Assembly: GCF_004010195.1 (NCBI RefSeq)
Contig: NC_057746.1
Location: forward strand, 4,366,428-4,430,427
Direction: 5' to 3'
Origin: Chiloscyllium plagiosum
Lineage: Eukaryota
Length of the DNA: 64,000 nt
Under the pieces are notes generated by a model. It made no database searches. It was not told the origin of the DNA and saw only the letters and a list, made by a program, of their open reading frames with translations. Made by a program: the position numbers and the translations under genes. Within the stretch, counting starts at the first letter, position 1; the number at the start of each line of letters is the position of its first letter. Shown piece by piece: positions 62,630-64,000 of this stretch.

Positions 62630-63300
62630 AGAGCTGTCTCACTGTGGAGGATGTTCAGTGGGACTGGGACACAGAACAAGAAGCAGCTTTCACTCCCATC
62701 AAACAACTAGTGATGACATCACCAGTGCTGAGAGATTATGATGTCAACCATGGAGTCACCCTGCAGTGTGATGTCAGTGAAACATGACATGGAGTAACCC
62801 CCAGGCAGTGAGGACAACCCGTTGTGTTTGTATCCAGAGCATTAACACAAACTGAATAACACTTTGTACAGATTGAGAAAGAGCGTCTGGATATTGTCTT
62901 GCTTGTGAGCATTTCATTGCGTATCTATTTGGGAAGGAGGGCATGATAGTGAAGTCTGACTGCAGGTTTTTTCAAAGCATGTTTCTAAACCATTTAAATC
63001 TTTTCTTAAGCATTTGTACTGGATGTTACTTTGCTTGCAGAGATAATACTGAGAAGTGAAGTTGAACCAAGTGAATCATATGTTCATCTCTGGCATCCTG
63101 TTGGGAGCTGCAGTTTCTTTGAAGGAGGTTGATACTGACAAACAGTGTGAAATCTTTCAGATTGACCACAGGAAACAACAGCATGATGTGTTCTTGAATG
63201 ATCAAACCTGCAGAGAATTTGAGACATATTCTGATCTCTGGATTGAGGTCCGGAGCCTTGTGGAATTGCGCATGCAGAAAACACCCAATCACTTATACAG
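62630..63300 (+). mobile_element. Gypsy pol fragment (RT connection/RNase H), different family
   Basis: WDWDTEQEAAFTPIKQLVMTSPVLRDYDVNHGVTLQCDVSE...QPVVFVSRALTQTE...QIEKE. Confidence 0.75.
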
Positions 63301-63817
63301 ACCTCCTGACCACACCAGTACTGAAATCCTCCATCTCACTAAAACTTCACCTGATGACGCCACCACCCAAACAGACTCAACCTGTCCAACCCTGATCACC
63401 CAACCACCCAAAGTTAATGTGAGAAACAGAGCTCACAATATAATAAATTTCAGTCCGAGTCAAATCTGAAGCAACGAATTTTATTGAACCGTTCTTAGAA
63501 GGCTTGTCTAGCAAGTAGGCCCCCCGATCCAGAAATTACTCCACAATTTATGCAGTTTAATTCTCGGTACTTCCCCGTTTACCTCATTGGTCTTCAATCC
63601 TATCAATATTCCTTAGTGTGTTCTGCCCCTGCCCAGCTACGCTCCGCCCTTGTTTACTTCTCCCCCTACTCCAAGCCGGACGACCCTCCCCTCTATAAGT
63701 GACTTGGCTCGCTTCAGTGCTGACATGAGGGAAATTTGCTGAGCTTGGAATATCTTGATGTTCTTTTTCAACTTATCTATTTGACTGTAACATCTTCCAT
63801 TGTTTGCAGGCATGTTC

Positions 63818-64000
63818 CATTCTTGTATGCACAGTTTAGCTAACTTAGAAGAAACTATGTATCCCTTTACATAGTCTTCATTCTTGTATGCACATTTTAG
63901 CTAACTCAGCTCTTTGCTGAAACAATTATATACTGATGTTAATAAGCAATTATGATTGCGGAAGTTATTTGCTGAAGCAGTTATATACTGATGTTAATAA
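63818..64000. repeat. Two short direct-repeat pairs
   Basis: cattcttgtatgcaca-tttagctaact occurs twice, and ttatatactgatgttaataa occurs twice. Confidence 0.7.

Overview
Eukaryotic, repeat-dense DNA. The HE1-type tRNA SINEs, HER1/CR1-type LINEs and fold-back Penelope derivatives point to a cartilaginous fish, probably a shark (inference). The window is a tandem cluster of C2H2 zinc-finger genes: three long minus-strand arrays (about 10, 22 and 13 finger units), one decayed minus-strand paralogue and one plus-strand paralogue truncated at its first finger. No KRAB, SCAN or BTB effector is visible. Each gene unit shares one architecture: a conserved ~0.8-kb upstream module with a 45-46 nt mini-exon ending ATG|GTRAGT, an intron, an acceptor, a decayed linker, then the finger array. 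Splicing would create a 14-codon uORF of the same length in most copies. A CpG-rich promoter with ZNF143/Staf-like and RFX-like motifs lies at ~30.5 kb. The rest is transposon debris: CR1 LINEs, Penelope elements with hammerhead-ribozyme cores and long hairpins, a Gmr1-type Gypsy element (integrase before RT, SCAN-like gag), a 5S+tRNA chimeric SINE and other SINEs. Repeat boundaries were read by eye and are approximate unless a target-site duplication (TSD) is cited.
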